Assembly: GCA_011109175.1 (NCBI GenBank)
Contig: RDEW01000002.1
Span: 12,299-76,298, forward strand
Source: Dicyema japonicum
Lineage: Eukaryota > Animalia > Dicyemida
Reading direction: 5' to 3'
Length of the DNA stretch: 64,000 bases
The position numbers were made by a program, and so were the translations under genes. This document shows positions 60,790 through 64,000 of the stretch, one piece after another. The notes below the pieces were generated by a model that was not told the origin of the DNA, did not search any database, and saw nothing but the letters and a program-made list of their open reading frames with translations. Numbering within the stretch: the first letter of the stretch is position 1; each line of letters opens with the position of its first letter.

Positions 60790-61127
60790 ATACTTACCCA
60801 TGTCTAAGCAAATGAAATACTCTGCGAAGTTCAAACTGTAAGTTCTAAACGTTTCAGAAGAAACTATCAACTGTGCTGCCTCAAGAAAGTTTGGCGTAAA
60901 TGAGAAACTAGTAAGAGATTGGAAACGCAATGCAAACACAGCTAGCAGTCTTACCAAGAATTTTAACACATTTCGTAAATAAATTTCGCATATTTCTGGT
61001 TGAATTTTAAAGTCTAAGATAATGAAACAATTGAGCTCGACTTATACAATGGATATTACATAAAATTTCCGTCGTATTTTAGGGGTCGACTTATACAACA
61101 AGTCGAGTTAGACACCGGCAAATACGG
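60790..61127 (+). mobile_element. Internally deleted pogo element (Brinker-type DNA-binding domain plus right TIR)
   Basis: YSAKFKL...AASRKFGVNEKLVRDWK; tcgacttataca subterminal repeats; ends aaatacgg-TA. Confidence 0.7.
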
Positions 61128-61447
61128 TACTTTAACGATTATAATTTTTGGTTGCTTACTAATGAGGCTATTGTTTGAAATTCATTTTTTTTAATTTTTC
61201 TAACTATCCTCCGCTTGTTTTAAAATTCAGTAATTTTTTCAGAAAAAATGTGGCAGGTTCGAAATTTGTTAGATAAGAATGTATTTTGATCGATTTGATG
61301 GTGGATTCGAAAGGATTATTTATTTGCAAAAAAAATAGACTGTGGAAATTTAATTATTATTATTTTTAAATAATATTTATATTTATTTTTTATTTTAAAA
61401 TATAAAGTAATATTTTTACTAAAATAAATTTACGTTATCGTTAGTCA

Positions 61448-64000
61448 ATGAGTGGTGGTGATTTTATTAAACGAATGTACATTATAAAATTAACATTTAT
61501 CTAGTAAATCTATCAAGTTCGACTTTGTTAACGACGATGAAATTAATCGTTCATCGTTCTCCGAAATCTATGAAACGAATCTCTTCGATGACAACGGATG
61601 CATTGAACATGGTTGGCTGATGGGAAATTGGTAGTATCTCTGTTAATCTCTACTAGGGATGTTACAGCAGTTCTCAAATATGTAAAACGTGTCACAATGA
61701 ATCAAGCAAGTGTCCGGGTCATTTTGGATCCTTAAAACCAGCACTTCCCCTACTAAACGCTGGCTTCACTAAGCACGTGATGGATATTCTACGTGCAGTA
61801 TGCAAGGTAGGTTGCTTCTTTCTGACTGTAGAACTGTGGACATCTCCTGCTAAGCAATCGAATGGCTAAGGCTCACTTTCGTTCGATGAGAAATAACCCA
61901 GACTTATCATCCAAGAAACTACAGAGGAAGAAGATACTTGAAGTTTGCAAGAACAATGTAATCTGCCAGAATTGTTTGGCCTACAATGGTTGGTATCTCC
62001 CTTATAGTTTAGGAAAAGTGAAGAAGGGAACTCCTATCACTACTATACACGAACAGTTCAAGTCTGCCAAATTGAACTCCTCATATGATTACTATAACCA
62101 CGTCCGTTACGTGGATGCTGCAAAGGATATGGGGTTGATTAGTGCGTCATCTCTAATGACGGATATTAGCATGGATCCTGTTCACGTGCTAAATATTTTT
62201 AAACTCGTGTCCTCAAAGGTGGGTTTATGCTTATTTCAGGATTTTTCTGTGCTCTCTTCCAATTCTATTTCCCGCCCTGAGAGCTTGCTCTATAGAACGC
62301 TTCCGGTTCCACCTATGTGCATTCGACCATCTGTAAATTCAGTACAGGGAGACAGGTATGAGAATTGTGCACGTGTTTAGTCGTGAAGATGATATAACCG
62401 TCAAGCTATTGCATATTTTGGCATTAAATGAGCATTTTAAACTGGCAAATTGTACTTTTAACGAACATATGGTTGGCTTGTTTGATAACTTGATAGAAAC
62501 GTTACGCCGCCATGTTGTATGAGTGTCTTTTGATGATCAACGATCAACGGAAATTTATCTGGTCTTCCTAGACAATTCAAGGTTAGGTATGGTTTTTTAT
62601 TCTAGCCTGACAAAGCGGTGCGATCATACTTTTCTAGGCTGAAGGGAAAGCATGCGAGATTTAGGGGGAATTTGTCTGGAAAGCGGGTGAATTTCACTGG
62701 GAGGACAGTAATATCTCCTGATCCATATTTGGGGATTGATCAGGTTATACCATTCATTATTCATAGGTCTCCATACCTTTGCATATGGCTATGATATTAA
62801 CCTACCCTGTATTCGTCACAGAGAACAGAGAAGAACATTCAGCAACTGAGAGAGCTGGTTAAAAGAGGTCCTAAAAACTACCCAGGTGCTTCCATGATTC
62901 TTAGAAATAAGTCACGCTCAATGTACTTGTTATATTGATTTTTAAAGAAATTTGAACTTTGGAGACTGCAATCAAAGGGCTAGGGAACTTAAAGTAGGTG
63001 ATAGAGTATGTCGCCATTTGACGGAAGGGGACATTGTGCTATTTAACAGACAACCATCTCTTCATAGAGAAAGCATTCAGGCATTCTATGTTCGACCTTA
63101 TCTAATGAATCTAATTAGGTTAACATTGGGACGACGAGGACACTCAGGTTCAATGAGTGCTGTTGTACTCCCTTTAATGCTGACTTTGATGGAGACGAAA
63201 TGAACATCCATGTGCCTCAGACTGAACAGGCAAGGATAGAGTCCATCGTTCTTATGGCTGTTAGTTTTTTACATCACCTTTTTAGTCTACAAAGAACATG
63301 ATCTCCCACAAATGTGGAGAACCACTCACGGCAGGAATACAGGACTTTATTAGTGGTAGGAAGTTCACTTATTTAAAGGAATGCATCTCCTTACAAGGAA
63401 GGATGTGTTTCTGACAGAAGTTCAAATGCTTAGGCTTATCTACTCCATGAAATACAACTATGAGTCTCAACTGTTTAATCGTCCTCTTCCCGAGCCAGCT
63501 ATAATTAAAGTATTTTAAAATTGGCTATTTAGCCTGCACTTTTGTGGACTGGCAAGCAGATTGTCTCCTATTTACTAAAATTCCCTCCCATCGCCGGAGA
63601 AGGCGAAAGAATGTCGCTGAATCTTCAAGGAAAGGGGAAAACTTACTCGAAAAGTGGGGAGGAATTCTGTTTTAATGATTCATGTAACCACATTTCTAAT
63701 ATCAGACTTTTATATTGACGATGGTGACATAATAGCTGGTTCTTTTGACAAAAACTCTTTGGGGTCGGGCTCAAAGTCTAATATCTTCTATTTCATTTCC
63801 CGTAATTTTGGACCCAAGACAACGGTGGATTATATCAGTCGAGTTTGCAGACTGGCAATTAACTATCTAAGTTTGTTTTATTGCATTAATCTTAGTGATG
63901 AACGTGGGGTTCACAGTAACCATGTCGGATGTGATACTCACTACGAAAGGGGAGGTAATCAAGAAGGAGTTGTTCGACACTCAGTTATTTTACGATGTTA
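61448..64000 (+). pseudogene. POLR3A: RNA polymerase III largest subunit (RPC1), 5' part, with three frameshifts
   Basis: Sixteen introns of 21-29 nt. CKTC...[38 protein letters not shown] and [29 protein letters not shown] (NADFDGD at 63176-63196) are Pol III-type. Lesions: -1 nt near 61613 and 7-nt duplications at 62535-62548 and 62818-62831. Gene identity is secure; pseudogene status is not. Confidence 0.85.

Noticed and set aside
61420-61450. Shared acgt promoter motif upstream of POLR3A, ARCN1 and EXOC7
   Set aside because: A 4-mer at variable spacing in three genes, absent from ACS; not distinguishable from chance.

Overview
AT-rich eukaryotic scaffold with several N gaps, read in the standard genetic code. 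It has no prokaryotic features. Most of it is decayed transposons: APE-type LINEs, CRE-type RLE retroelements, Tigger/pogo, hAT (Buster- and CGGBP1-like), Ginger-like integrases and two SINE-like families. Four conserved genes can be rebuilt by hand once tiny GT-AG introns, nearly all 21-30 nt, are spliced out: EXOC7/Exo70 (5' part, mostly missed by the ORF track), acetyl-CoA synthetase, delta-COP (ARCN1) and RNA polymerase III largest subunit (POLR3A, three frameshifts). The miniature introns and animal-like genes suggest a reduced parasitic animal such as a myxozoan or dicyemid; this is inference. The most unusual content is an expanded, divergent family of LAMP-fold-like membrane proteins. 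It includes three two-domain copies, a one-domain type with a 17-aa repeat stalk (two copies), and a lesion-free fragment fused in frame to a C/EBP-like bZIP domain. There are also repeated scars of duplication-plus-templated-insertion DNA repair, including a 38-nt piece of a delta-COP exon copied into a transposon 3 kb away. All homology calls come from manual translation and motif recognition; no searches were run.
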